A stretch of 64,000 nucleotides of DNA from positions 1 through 64,000 of the IMG/VR virus record IMGVR_UViG_3300020190_000042; one strand, given 5' to 3'. This document shows positions 37,987 through 46,035 of the stretch, piece by piece. Source of the DNA: a virus. The notes below the pieces were generated by a model. That model made no database searches. It worked only from the letters and a program-made list of their open reading frames with translations, and had not been told where the DNA came from. Within the stretch, counting starts at the first letter, position 1; every line of letters starts with the position of its first letter. The translations under genes were made by a program, and so were the position numbers.

Positions 37987-38495
37987 CCCGTTCATGAAAA
38001 AAACCGTCTTCTGCTAACTGCCATGCAGGGACTCCAAGCTCCTCAGCACGCTGACGGCACTCCTGCCAGAATTGCACTTCAGGATTTTCTAAAAACACTG
38101 AAGTTTTAGTGGGTACTGAAGCCATTGGGCTTTAGCAGCGTTTAATGTCTATAAGGTAGCACACAAAATAAAGAAATTGTTGTATTCCGTGTTTCCACAG
38201 TGCTTCTGCGCAACAATCGAGATCAAAAACTGAAGCTTTAAAACCGTTTATTTAACGCGAGTTTCAAGTAAGTGGAGTTAGATAAAAAGTTTAAAATTAA
38301 TTCTTATATAACTGTGCGCACACCGTAAAGCTGCGATTGTGCTGGATTTTTAAATAAGCAAACCTAAAAACCCCTTATAAAATTCAAAGATACGGTAAAA
38401 CCCGTTAAGAAATCCCTCCTAGAGAAAAAATAATTTCTAAAACACCGACAGCCATGCTATCCTCAGATGAGCACCAGATCACTAGGTACTAATAC

Positions 38496-39155
38496 GTGCG
38501 CTCCTTAGACCTCGTTGCGGTCTTTGGTCTGCTGGAACCGGCTCCAGTCGAATCCTTAGACCCAGTAGTACAGAAAACCTATACTCTCGACTCCTTTGCC
38601 GTCTCCCTCCACGGTGCGGTCGCTTCGTTTGAATGCGCTTGCAAGCGCTCCGAGCCCTATCTCCTCGCTGTTTCGGACCTAGACCGGATCCTCCCACCAT
38701 CAGGTCATTACGCCTGCGCGCTTTGCCTGAATGAATTAAGAAACGCCCGTACCACTGCTGAGAGGGTCGCGGTATGGTTTCTTCAGAACCGCCCTTCGAT
38801 AACCAGAGATCAACATCTTTATCTTCCTGAAACGTTTAAGCGTCTTATCGACGCCGAGGAAGGAGTGATCATGCGGCCTCGACGGTTCGTCTACGCCAAG
38901 TTTCATAACGTGGCGTTAACACAACGCGATAAAGTGCTCAGCACGTGCGGCGATCCGCACTGTGTGAACCCTTATCACATGATGCTGGCTGCAAGCACAG
39001 CAACCAAAATGACACCCGACATGAAAAAGGACGTAAAAACATGGCACTCCAATCAAGTCAGCCCACGGGTTATCCAACAACTGCTCGAAATCAAATACAG
39101 CCGTTCTTTCTCTCTGCGGACGATTACAAATCTAAAAAAATCGTTGCCTGCATAA
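38496..39155 (+). CDS. Zn-binding protein with degenerate HNH domain and HTH-like C-terminus
   Basis: CAC, CALC, VLSTCGDPHCVNPYHM. Confidence 0.75.
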   Translation: MRSLDLVAVFGLLEPAPVESLDPVVQKTYTLDSFAVSLHGAVASFECACKRSEPYLLAVSDLDRILPPSGHYACALCLNELRNARTTAERVAVWFLQNRPSITRDQHLYLPETFKRLIDAEEGVIMRPRRFVYAKFHNVALTQRDKVLSTCGDPHCVNPYHMMLAASTATKMTPDMKKDVKTWHSNQVSPRVIQQLLEIKYSRSFSLRTITNLKKSLPA

Positions 39156-39373
39156 AAACGCACACAGAATTACTGCACCTGCTAAACTTTCGTCAACCGT
39201 TGTCGACAAAAGAGCTTTTAAGTGAAATTGGGTACTCGAAGCAAAAGCTTCTAAGAGACCTAAAACAACTTCAAAAGAATGATTTGGTGAAGCGCATCTC
39301 ATTTGAGTCACACATTCTCTACGTCATCAATGGCAATTTCAACACCCTTATTAAGCAGACTTTAGGTTTATGA
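39152..39373 (+). CDS. Winged-helix DNA-binding domain with no canonical start nearby
   Basis: LLHLL..QPLSTKELLSEIGYSKQKLLRDLKQLQKNDLVKR. Confidence 0.6.
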   Translation: MKTHTELLHLLNFRQPLSTKELLSEIGYSKQKLLRDLKQLQKNDLVKRISFESHILYVINGNFNTLIKQTLGL

Positions 39374-39789
39374 CTTTTACACAAGAAACAAAGCCATGTC
39401 TCTGGTCTCGTGAGCACGTCATTGAGAATCTTCCGGTCTGGATTTACTCTGACAATCCTGAGCCCACGTCGATCTCTGAATGCAAAGCTAAAGTCTCAGC
39501 CATTGAGTACACCATTCGGGACATCGAACTTCAAATCGAGGTGCGCGAATTGGAGTTACAGACCGGTAATAGCCGGCACACTTCTAATTTTGACTTTCAA
39601 AAATGGCGTACCCAAGCTCTGCGAGCTAAACAAACGCATCTGTATTTGTTAAACGCCTACAAGTATTGGCTTTTGCTTAACGAGCGCGAAAAACTGAGCG
39701 ATAACGTGGAGCATAAGCTTCAACAAGTTATTAAACTTCTAATTGAGGAGCCAAAAGACTTCGTAACCCAGCTTGAAGCACTGCTTTGA
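39370..39789 (+). CDS. Hypothetical coiled-coil protein
   Basis: 139 aa, ATGA coupling. Confidence 0.75.
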   Translation: MTFTQETKPCLWSREHVIENLPVWIYSDNPEPTSISECKAKVSAIEYTIRDIELQIEVRELELQTGNSRHTSNFDFQKWRTQALRAKQTHLYLLNAYKYWLLLNEREKLSDNVEHKLQQVIKLLIEEPKDFVTQLEALL

Positions 39790-40211
39790 TCTGTATAAGA
39801 AATAAGTATCACCATAAAACAGACACGGTGTGTGAAGATTGCTTGAAAACAATCGACGAACCACCGTGTAAGCCAGATTTAAATCAAATGTCACCTGAAC
39901 TACGAGCCCTTTTTGTTCAACTAACTGCTCAACACCACGATTTAACTGAGTGTTGGCGTTCTAGTTACACAAACATTCATATAAAAAACAGAAAATTACG
40001 TATACAGAACCTGCTTTATGCCTTTTATAAAGGCGATATCGGAAATTTCAAACTAAAACGCATCTGCAACACCATAGATTGCGTCAATCCTGCGCACCAC
40101 AGGTCTCGATTTGAGTCACCGAATGTTTTTAAATCTGTACGCGCCGGTTTTCAACGCAAAATAACAAAGCTAGCTGATTTATTAGACTCACAATGGTTAC
40201 AGCAGCCTTAA
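39786..40211 (+). CDS. Degenerate HNH-like protein
   Basis: ECW...LKRICNTIDCVNPAHH; TTG start overlapping the upstream TGA. Confidence 0.7.
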   Translation: MICIRNKYHHKTDTVCEDCLKTIDEPPCKPDLNQMSPELRALFVQLTAQHHDLTECWRSSYTNIHIKNRKLRIQNLLYAFYKGDIGNFKLKRICNTIDCVNPAHHRSRFESPNVFKSVRAGFQRKITKLADLLDSQWLQQP

Positions 40212-40228
40212 ACTGTGACTACTGGCTC

Positions 40229-40257
40229 TTGTAAGAAAGGTCTGGTGCCAGTACCGT
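40229..40257 (+). promoter_or_regulatory. Sigma70-type promoter
   Basis: TTGTAA-N17-TACCGT. Confidence 0.45.
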
Positions 40258-40354
40258 GGGGGCGCATACCGTTTTCACCTTTTCCGGTGTGCCGTAAGCG
40301 ATCCGGAGTGCTTGGCGCTAAGTGCTCAGGCGGCCCTCACATTATTTCTTTAAG

Positions 40355-40663
40355 ATGATCAACAAAGAAACACTTGATCTGCTACGAAGCATCGACACAA
40401 GTCTGCAAATAATCGCAAACTCAAAGTCATCGAACATAACCACGGCGTTTGTCAATAAAAAAGCGGTCGCTGCTCGGTTAGGGGTTTCTCCAGTAACGAT
40501 CGACAAACTGATTTATCAAGGAATCACATCTAAAGGTTCGTCTGGTTTAGTGGAGGGGCGTCACTACTGCAAACTTGATCCTTCGGAAAGCAACACAAGT
40601 AATTTTTTGTTCGATAGCGCTAAAGTGCTACAGGATGCTTGGACCTCTTTTACAGGTTATTAA
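40355..40663 (+). CDS. Excisionase-like HTH protein
   Basis: FVNKKAVAARLGVSPVTIDKLI...LVEGRHY. Confidence 0.6.
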   Translation: MINKETLDLLRSIDTSLQIIANSKSSNITTAFVNKKAVAARLGVSPVTIDKLIYQGITSKGSSGLVEGRHYCKLDPSESNTSNFLFDSAKVLQDAWTSFTGY

Positions 40664-40664
40664 A

Positions 40665-41084
40665 ATGCCGAAAAGCAACACAGCTAACAACCTCGCCAAA
40701 AAGATCTTTAGCAAGAGCGAAGTTCAGAATCAAATCGCCGTCAACGTCGTCAAGATGATCGTGGGCGATATCGTAACGCTCTACGAAGAATTTAGAAGTG
40801 CAGAGGGTTTAGGGGCACTTTTTTTTAATCCGATTGCTCCTGAGAACAGTTCTTATATGACCATAAAAGACATTAAGAACGACATAATTCTTGCGGAGGA
40901 AATAATGGATGAAGACTTAAAAGACTTCTTAAAAAAATTACTGAATATTGTTGATAAGGAACAAGATAACAAGCAAGCGATTGTTATCCTCATCAACAAC
41001 CAAACGATGAGTATTCATCTAATCGATCTAAATTCTGTCGACACTCAAATTAAAGAACTTGTAGATGCCCTTAGCCGCGATTGA
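40665..41084 (+). CDS. Hypothetical protein
   Basis: ORF 40575..41084, start at MPKSN. Confidence 0.7.
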   Translation: MPKSNTANNLAKKIFSKSEVQNQIAVNVVKMIVGDIVTLYEEFRSAEGLGALFFNPIAPENSSYMTIKDIKNDIILAEEIMDEDLKDFLKKLLNIVDKEQDNKQAIVILINNQTMSIHLIDLNSVDTQIKELVDALSRD

Positions 41085-41643
41085 TTTTGTATCTCCGCCG
41101 GAAGTTGTTGGCGTAACGACTTCATTTTTTAATGGGTCTATTGATTTAGACCCAGCGTCGAGTGAAGACGCAAATACTTTAATTAACGCCAATCGATTTT
41201 TCACGCACGAACACAACGGTTTAGTCCAGGATTGGCGCGGTAAGAACGTTTATCTTTATCCACCACGCGATGTTTTGCTTTCGGGGGAACAACCAAAAGA
41301 GGTTTTGTTGTTTAACCGTCGCCGAAGATTTCAAAAGTCAGCTCAGCGAGTGTGGCTCGAAGAGTGTCTTAGACGTTATCGAAAAGCTGAATTTGACGAA
41401 GCAATCATTTTTTTAACTTCTTCGCAAGTTGCGTTATTAGTTACGCAGAAGTTAAATATTGATCTGCCTATGTGCGTACTGAAGCATCACCCTAATTTGC
41501 ACTTAGATAGTCCTGGATTACCAAAACTAGAGAGCACTCGATGCCTTGGTTTTGTTTTATATTTACCTTCTCCTTTTAATACAGAAGAAAGGATTATGGA
41601 ATTCGCTAGGTTATATAGTCAGCTGGGCCGTGTATATTGCTGA
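41065..41643 (+). CDS. Phage Dam-family N6-adenine methyltransferase with altered motif IV
   Basis: SPPE...IDLDPASS...NGLVQDW.G.NVYLYPPR (NPPY expected). Confidence 0.75.
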   Translation: MPLAAIDFVSPPEVVGVTTSFFNGSIDLDPASSEDANTLINANRFFTHEHNGLVQDWRGKNVYLYPPRDVLLSGEQPKEVLLFNRRRRFQKSAQRVWLEECLRRYRKAEFDEAIIFLTSSQVALLVTQKLNIDLPMCVLKHHPNLHLDSPGLPKLESTRCLGFVLYLPSPFNTEERIMEFARLYSQLGRVYC

Positions 41644-41908
41644 GTGATTCGACCGTACCGTAGGTATTGTCCGGTCCGTAAGAATCGCGGTTTGCAAATC
41701 CAAGGCCCACGGGGGTGTTCTTCATCTGAGCGAACGTGCGCTCGCGGCGCAAACGTTTTTGTCTTTCATCTGAGCTTTCCGCCCAGACTTGTCCCGCTAA
41801 ACGAATTACGTTTCGGCTGCGATACCGATAGTCGTGTTTAGCAAAGGGCGCCTCCCCGTGGAAGCGAATTTTACGTTCGTGCCCAGATTCCCTAATGGAA
41901 TCAGACAT
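41606..41908 (-). CDS. Small basic protein with RLAGQ motif
   Basis: 100 aa; VIRLAGQVW. Confidence 0.7.
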   Translation of the reverse strand: MSDSIRESGHERKIRFHGEAPFAKHDYRYRSRNVIRLAGQVWAESSDERQKRLRRERTFAQMKNTPVGLGFANRDSYGPDNTYGTVESLSNIHGPADYIT

Positions 41909-42449
41909 TGTACGTATATAACTGACGGAAAGAGTCTACATCGCTAGTTACAGTAGGAGGCTTTTTAGCTAACTCCATGTAAGTCGGATCATAGAGTTTA
42001 TTGAAAGCCGGTTTACTGGCAATAGCTTCAAAGCCAATTACTGGCGCTGCCAGAGCTTCATAGAGACGAGATTGAGCTTTAGTCGACGCTTTATCCATGC
42101 CTGCGGTGTATTCGCCTGCGCTGCCACGGAGCACATCGGCTAACAGATTTATAGAACTACCCGGTGTTTGAATATCTAAAACTCCGGGACGGAAATACTT
42201 TTGCTTCGCCTCGTATTCACCTTTAAGCGCAGGAACTCCGACAGCAAAACGTTTTTCGTATTCGGTCCGAGCTTCCGTGCCGGTACGACCGAAAATTTTA
42301 TCTAATTCCGCTTGCGAAGTTTCGCGCTTAGCTTCGTAAGTTTCAGCCCGAGCAAGAACATCTTTCGCAAGTTCTTTCTGTTTATCTAAAGCATCATTTA
42401 CGGCACTACGTGCCATGGCAGCGTAATCAGGTTGTTGCCGAGCGCCCAT
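41901..42449 (-). CDS. Probable internal virion protein
   Basis: 182 aa, helical and Ala-rich; co-oriented with the virion lysozyme. Confidence 0.65.
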   Translation of the reverse strand: MGARQQPDYAAMARSAVNDALDKQKELAKDVLARAETYEAKRETSQAELDKIFGRTGTEARTEYEKRFAVGVPALKGEYEAKQKYFRPGVLDIQTPGSSINLLADVLRGSAGEYTAGMDKASTKAQSRLYEALAAPVIGFEAIASKPAFNKLYDPTYMELAKKPPTVTSDVDSFRQLYTYNV

Positions 42450-42451
42450 TG

Positions 42452-43801
42452 TTAAAACACTGGTTGTCCTTTAGCCAGTCTATCGCGAATTTGATAGCCT
42501 ATCTTCAAAACTTCAGGACTGGTCTTGTTCTCACCTGGATTATAGAAATCAGCGGAAACGTGAGCTCCAGTAGTAGAACCACTGCGACCTTGTGTACCGA
42601 TAAATGTTCCGGGATCAATAACGGCGCCAGGTTTTAGACCGGGATTAAGTTTATCGAAATGAGCCAGACGCACATCGAATGCTCGTCCCGTCTGCGGGTC
42701 GACGCCACGGAGATCGACGTAATTCCCGTAGCCTCTACGGCCTGGACCTTTTTCTAAATTAGTTTCCCAAGGATCGTTAACTACCTTTAAAACTTGGGCT
42801 TTAAATGGGAGGTTGAATGCCGCCCCACGACCGCCGGGAATCACAAAGTCAAATCCTGGCTCACCAGAAGTATCAACGGCAGAGGTGATTTGAACCCCCG
42901 GAATTGTTGTTCCTCCAGAAGGAGTCAGTGCCCCGGTGGACATAGGCTGAGCACCTATGGATTTATTTAGCTGACTTTCTAAAGCTTCAGCTTGTTGGTT
43001 GAAAACTTTTTCGGTTAATTTTGCCTGCAGAATTTGTGTTGCTAAGGCTGTTGGATCAGCGTTCGGCGTTACAGATTCCATCGAAGCCGATAAGGCTTCA
43101 GCTCGATACTTTTCAGCTAAGTCAGTAATACCCTGTTCATCTAAAGCATTAGCTAGCTCTAAGTATTTAGTTGCTTGATCCCCCGTCGATGCGGGCTGTT
43201 CTGTTTTGGTAGCAAACTCACTAACAATATTTTTAAGCGCTCCTTTGAAATCAAATCGAGGTATAGAAACCGGACTTACAGAAGAAGTTTCGGTTGTACT
43301 CTGATCCTGAACTACGGGACTGGGTACGCGCCCGTAAACCTCCTGAATCGAACTTAAGGATTTGACGGGCTGACCATAATAGCTTTTACCCGATTCAGTC
43401 GGGAAAGATGCCCACGCGGGGGATAAAGCGGCGGCAACTCGTGGACTTAACCCCTCTTGCTTTAAAGCAGCGAGACCGCCAATCTTCATCAGCTTGTCCC
43501 GAGCCAAAGCCAAGGCGGCAATATCCTGCTCTTTGGGTCCGAAAGAGCCCAGTCCTAATCGAGACGCATAAGAACCCCAGGTATAAGGCATGAACTGATA
43601 TGCACCTGCCGCTGCGCTCTTATATCCCCCGCTAGAAATAACAGTATCGGGGTGCTTACTCAGATCGCTAAAAGTGCCGCCACCAAACATAGTTTGGTAA
43701 CCTTTAGGTCCTGCAGTCCCTTCAGCAAAACGAATCGCCTGTAATAACCGCTGCCCCTCAGGAGTCTGGCGAAACTGTTCCAGTAATTGCCGCTCATTCA
43801 T
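42452..43801 (-). CDS. Virion-associated peptidoglycan hydrolase: lambda-R-type muramidase plus M23-like domain
   Basis: AIRFAEGT...SAAAGAYQF...WASFP; GYGNYV...AHF...GTQGRSGSTTGAHV. Confidence 0.85.
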   Translation of the reverse strand: MNERQLLEQFRQTPEGQRLLQAIRFAEGTAGPKGYQTMFGGGTFSDLSKHPDTVISSGGYKSAAAGAYQFMPYTWGSYASRLGLGSFGPKEQDIAALALARDKLMKIGGLAALKQEGLSPRVAAALSPAWASFPTESGKSYYGQPVKSLSSIQEVYGRVPSPVVQDQSTTETSSVSPVSIPRFDFKGALKNIVSEFATKTEQPASTGDQATKYLELANALDEQGITDLAEKYRAEALSASMESVTPNADPTALATQILQAKLTEKVFNQQAEALESQLNKSIGAQPMSTGALTPSGGTTIPGVQITSAVDTSGEPGFDFVIPGGRGAAFNLPFKAQVLKVVNDPWETNLEKGPGRRGYGNYVDLRGVDPQTGRAFDVRLAHFDKLNPGLKPGAVIDPGTFIGTQGRSGSTTGAHVSADFYNPGENKTSPEVLKIGYQIRDRLAKGQPVF

Positions 43802-43863
43802 CAGGTATTACTGGAACTAAATTTCCAATAACTTAGTTTAAATGATCCTGACTAAAGAAGAAC

Positions 43864-44115
43864 TTATTCCTCTGCGTCAAGCTCATCATCAAATAAACTC
43901 ATGTTGGTATCCATAGCAATACCAACCTCACTCATTACAGTTTTATAAGCCCGTTCGCGACAAATTAACTTAAATACCGTGGCCCACAGAAACTGATCGC
44001 GGTCTTTGTCCTTCAGTGAGTGAGCCGTGGTGCGGATACGGGTCAGAACAAATTCATCTTCGAGAGTAAGCCCGCAATCAAGGCTTTGAGACTCATTTGA
44101 CTTACGGGAAGCCAT
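43864..44115 (-). CDS. nblA: NblA-like protein (copy 2)
   Basis: GLTLEDEFVLTRIRTTAHSLKDKDRDQFLWATVFKLICRERAYKTVM matches NblA spacing. Confidence 0.65.
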   Translation of the reverse strand: MASRKSNESQSLDCGLTLEDEFVLTRIRTTAHSLKDKDRDQFLWATVFKLICRERAYKTVMSEVGIAMDTNMSLFDDELDAEE

Positions 44116-44200
44116 CGCGGTGAGCCGACTAATTAAAGTCTAGCTCTACTCACAAAAAAGCTCTTAAAGTTATAGCACAGAATGTCTTAATCGTTCTGTA

Positions 44201-44449
44201 TCACCAGTTTTTGCAGCTCCAATAGCCTGGAGTTAACTTACTCTTTTTCTCGTCACAGCTATGCCTAGATCTAAACGCAGCGCGTCGTTTAGGATCATCG
44301 CTACGATTTTCCATATTCGGATCACCAAAGCGAACTAAACGAACAGTATCGCCTTCTTTAGCCGCCACGGAGTATTCCTTACCGCTCTGAACGTCACGCT
44401 TGGGCTGGTTATACCTTTTGAAAACTTCTCCTGCGATACGAATTGTCAT
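44201..44449 (-). CDS. Conserved-type small phage protein with N-terminal RIAGEVF
   Basis: VRLVRFGDPNM...RRAAFRSRHSC...TPGYWSCKNW. Confidence 0.8.
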   Translation of the reverse strand: MTIRIAGEVFKRYNQPKRDVQSGKEYSVAAKEGDTVRLVRFGDPNMENRSDDPKRRAAFRSRHSCDEKKSKLTPGYWSCKNW

Positions 44450-44576
44450 AGAACTAAACGCTGCAATTTAATATTAGCCGACCGAAAAATAAAGAACACC
44501 TTTAATCGGATAAGACTGAGCGTGCACAGAAGAAACAGAGCTAATATACAACCGTCACATTTTCTCCGCATATACA

Positions 44577-44846
44577 ATGTCGGACGGTAAAGCACTTCTT
44601 ACCATCGCTGAAACCGCTGAACTTCTTAACTGCAGCTCCGGCTTTGTGCGTAAGCGCATCGCGCTGTCTGAAGCTAATCAGCCTGGCGGGTGGCCCAAAT
44701 CTGTGTACGTGAACCTGCAACCTAACGGTGCAAAATCTCTGTACCGGGTAAACAAAACTGCGCTCGAAGAGTATCTCCAAAGTTCCCCTACCGCTAAAGT
44801 GGAGGCAGAAGAAACTCCGATGGCGGCTGTTGCCTGCACTTTCTGA
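44577..44846 (+). CDS. Excisionase/MerR-like HTH protein
   Basis: LLTIAETAELLNCSSGFVRKRI...YRVNKTALEEYL. Confidence 0.8.
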   Translation: MSDGKALLTIAETAELLNCSSGFVRKRIALSEANQPGGWPKSVYVNLQPNGAKSLYRVNKTALEEYLQSSPTAKVEAEETPMAAVACTF

Positions 44847-44847
44847 T

Positions 44848-45381
44848 ATGACGTTCTCCGGCTCTTTTGAGGCAGCTCCCACCCCTATGCCGGGTGAGGC
44901 AATCGTCATTATCGAAGAGCAGGAATTGAAGCCTGTGGCCACGGCTGACGAGCTTATTAGTCAACTTGTGGCCCTCGCCTCTTATACCAATCAGCTGTAT
45001 TTACAGGCTCACCTCATTCATCTGAATGTGGAGGGGCCTATTTTTCTGCCGATCCACGAGTTCCTTAAAGAGCAGTACGATGCGCATATTGCGCAGTTCG
45101 ATGCGCTGAGCGAGTTTGTTCGCTCAATGGATTATTTAATGCCTATGTGCGCAAAAGGTCTTCAAGGCGCCTACAAAAACTTTAAGCACATTAAATCATA
45201 CGAAGCCCGCGAGATGCTGACGGTGTACGTCAAAAATCTCGAAGCTGCTGGTTTCATGGCTAAAGATGTCGGTATGACTGCTAAGGAAGTGCAAGCACCC
45301 GACATCGAAAATTACCTGGCGGAACTTGTGGGGATGATGTTCAAAGCTGCCTGGTTCCTCAAAGCGACTCTGCGCGATTAA
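44848..45381 (+). CDS. dps: Dps/ferritin-like protein
   Basis: AHLIHLNVEGPIFLPIHEFLKEQY...FDALSEFVR...KAAWFL. Confidence 0.8.
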   Translation: MTFSGSFEAAPTPMPGEAIVIIEEQELKPVATADELISQLVALASYTNQLYLQAHLIHLNVEGPIFLPIHEFLKEQYDAHIAQFDALSEFVRSMDYLMPMCAKGLQGAYKNFKHIKSYEAREMLTVYVKNLEAAGFMAKDVGMTAKEVQAPDIENYLAELVGMMFKAAWFLKATLRD

Positions 45382-46034
45382 ATTGCAGTCCAGGTATTAG
45401 AGAACTGAATATATAGACCCGCCGCGTAAACACCGGAGGTTTGTATTTGGTAAAACAAAGCTCCAGAACCATAACTGCTCGGACTAGGTAATCCGCTTAG
45501 TCCTATATCGGCACTTTTAACTGTGCCCGAGGCCAAGATCGCCCCTGACGCCAAAGTGGCTGTATTAGCTGTGATTGCTCCCGAGGCCAAGATCGCCCCT
45601 GACGCCAAAGTGGCTGTATTAGCTGTGATTGCTCCCGAAGCCAAGACAGCGCCGGAAGCTAATACTGCTACGTTTGCAATACCAGCAACGGAAGCTGAGT
45701 CTGCCGTGGTTGACGAATCAGAAAAAGACGCTCCGATCTTTTGCCACGCTGAGCCTGTCCAAACTTTTAAATAGTAAGCAGACGTAGAGCTGTCGGACCA
45801 CAGTTCACCAACTGAGTTACCCGCTACTCCAACGGGAGTTGAGTTAGGCGCCGTGGCCCCATAATGCGAGGGACCGATCTTCCTGATAGCACCAGCTGAG
45901 TCTTCGAAATAAAGCCCTGGATCGGCGGCACCCACTGCCATAGCCAGTTCACCGTTCTGAATAACAGTTCCGCTAGGGCGATCAGACGATTGACCGGAAC
46001 GCTTTAAAAGAAGAACAACAGGTGTTGAAGTCAT
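45378..46034 (-). CDS. Short tail fibre with LASGA repeats
   Basis: LLKRS...RP...GELAM...GLYFED N-terminal fibre anchor; GELWSD; 11 SG. Confidence 0.75.
   Translation of the reverse strand: MTSTPVVLLLKRSGQSSDRPSGTVIQNGELAMAVGAADPGLYFEDSAGAIRKIGPSHYGATAPNSTPVGVAGNSVGELWSDSSTSAYYLKVWTGSAWQKIGASFSDSSTTADSASVAGIANVAVLASGAVLASGAITANTATLASGAILASGAITANTATLASGAILASGTVKSADIGLSGLPSPSSYGSGALFYQIQTSGVYAAGLYIQFSNTWTAI
45526..45638. repeat. Perfect 54-bp tandem duplication
   Basis: Unit starts at 45526, 45580 and partial at 45634; encodes GAITANTATLASGAILAS. Confidence 0.95.
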
Positions 46035-46035
46035 A

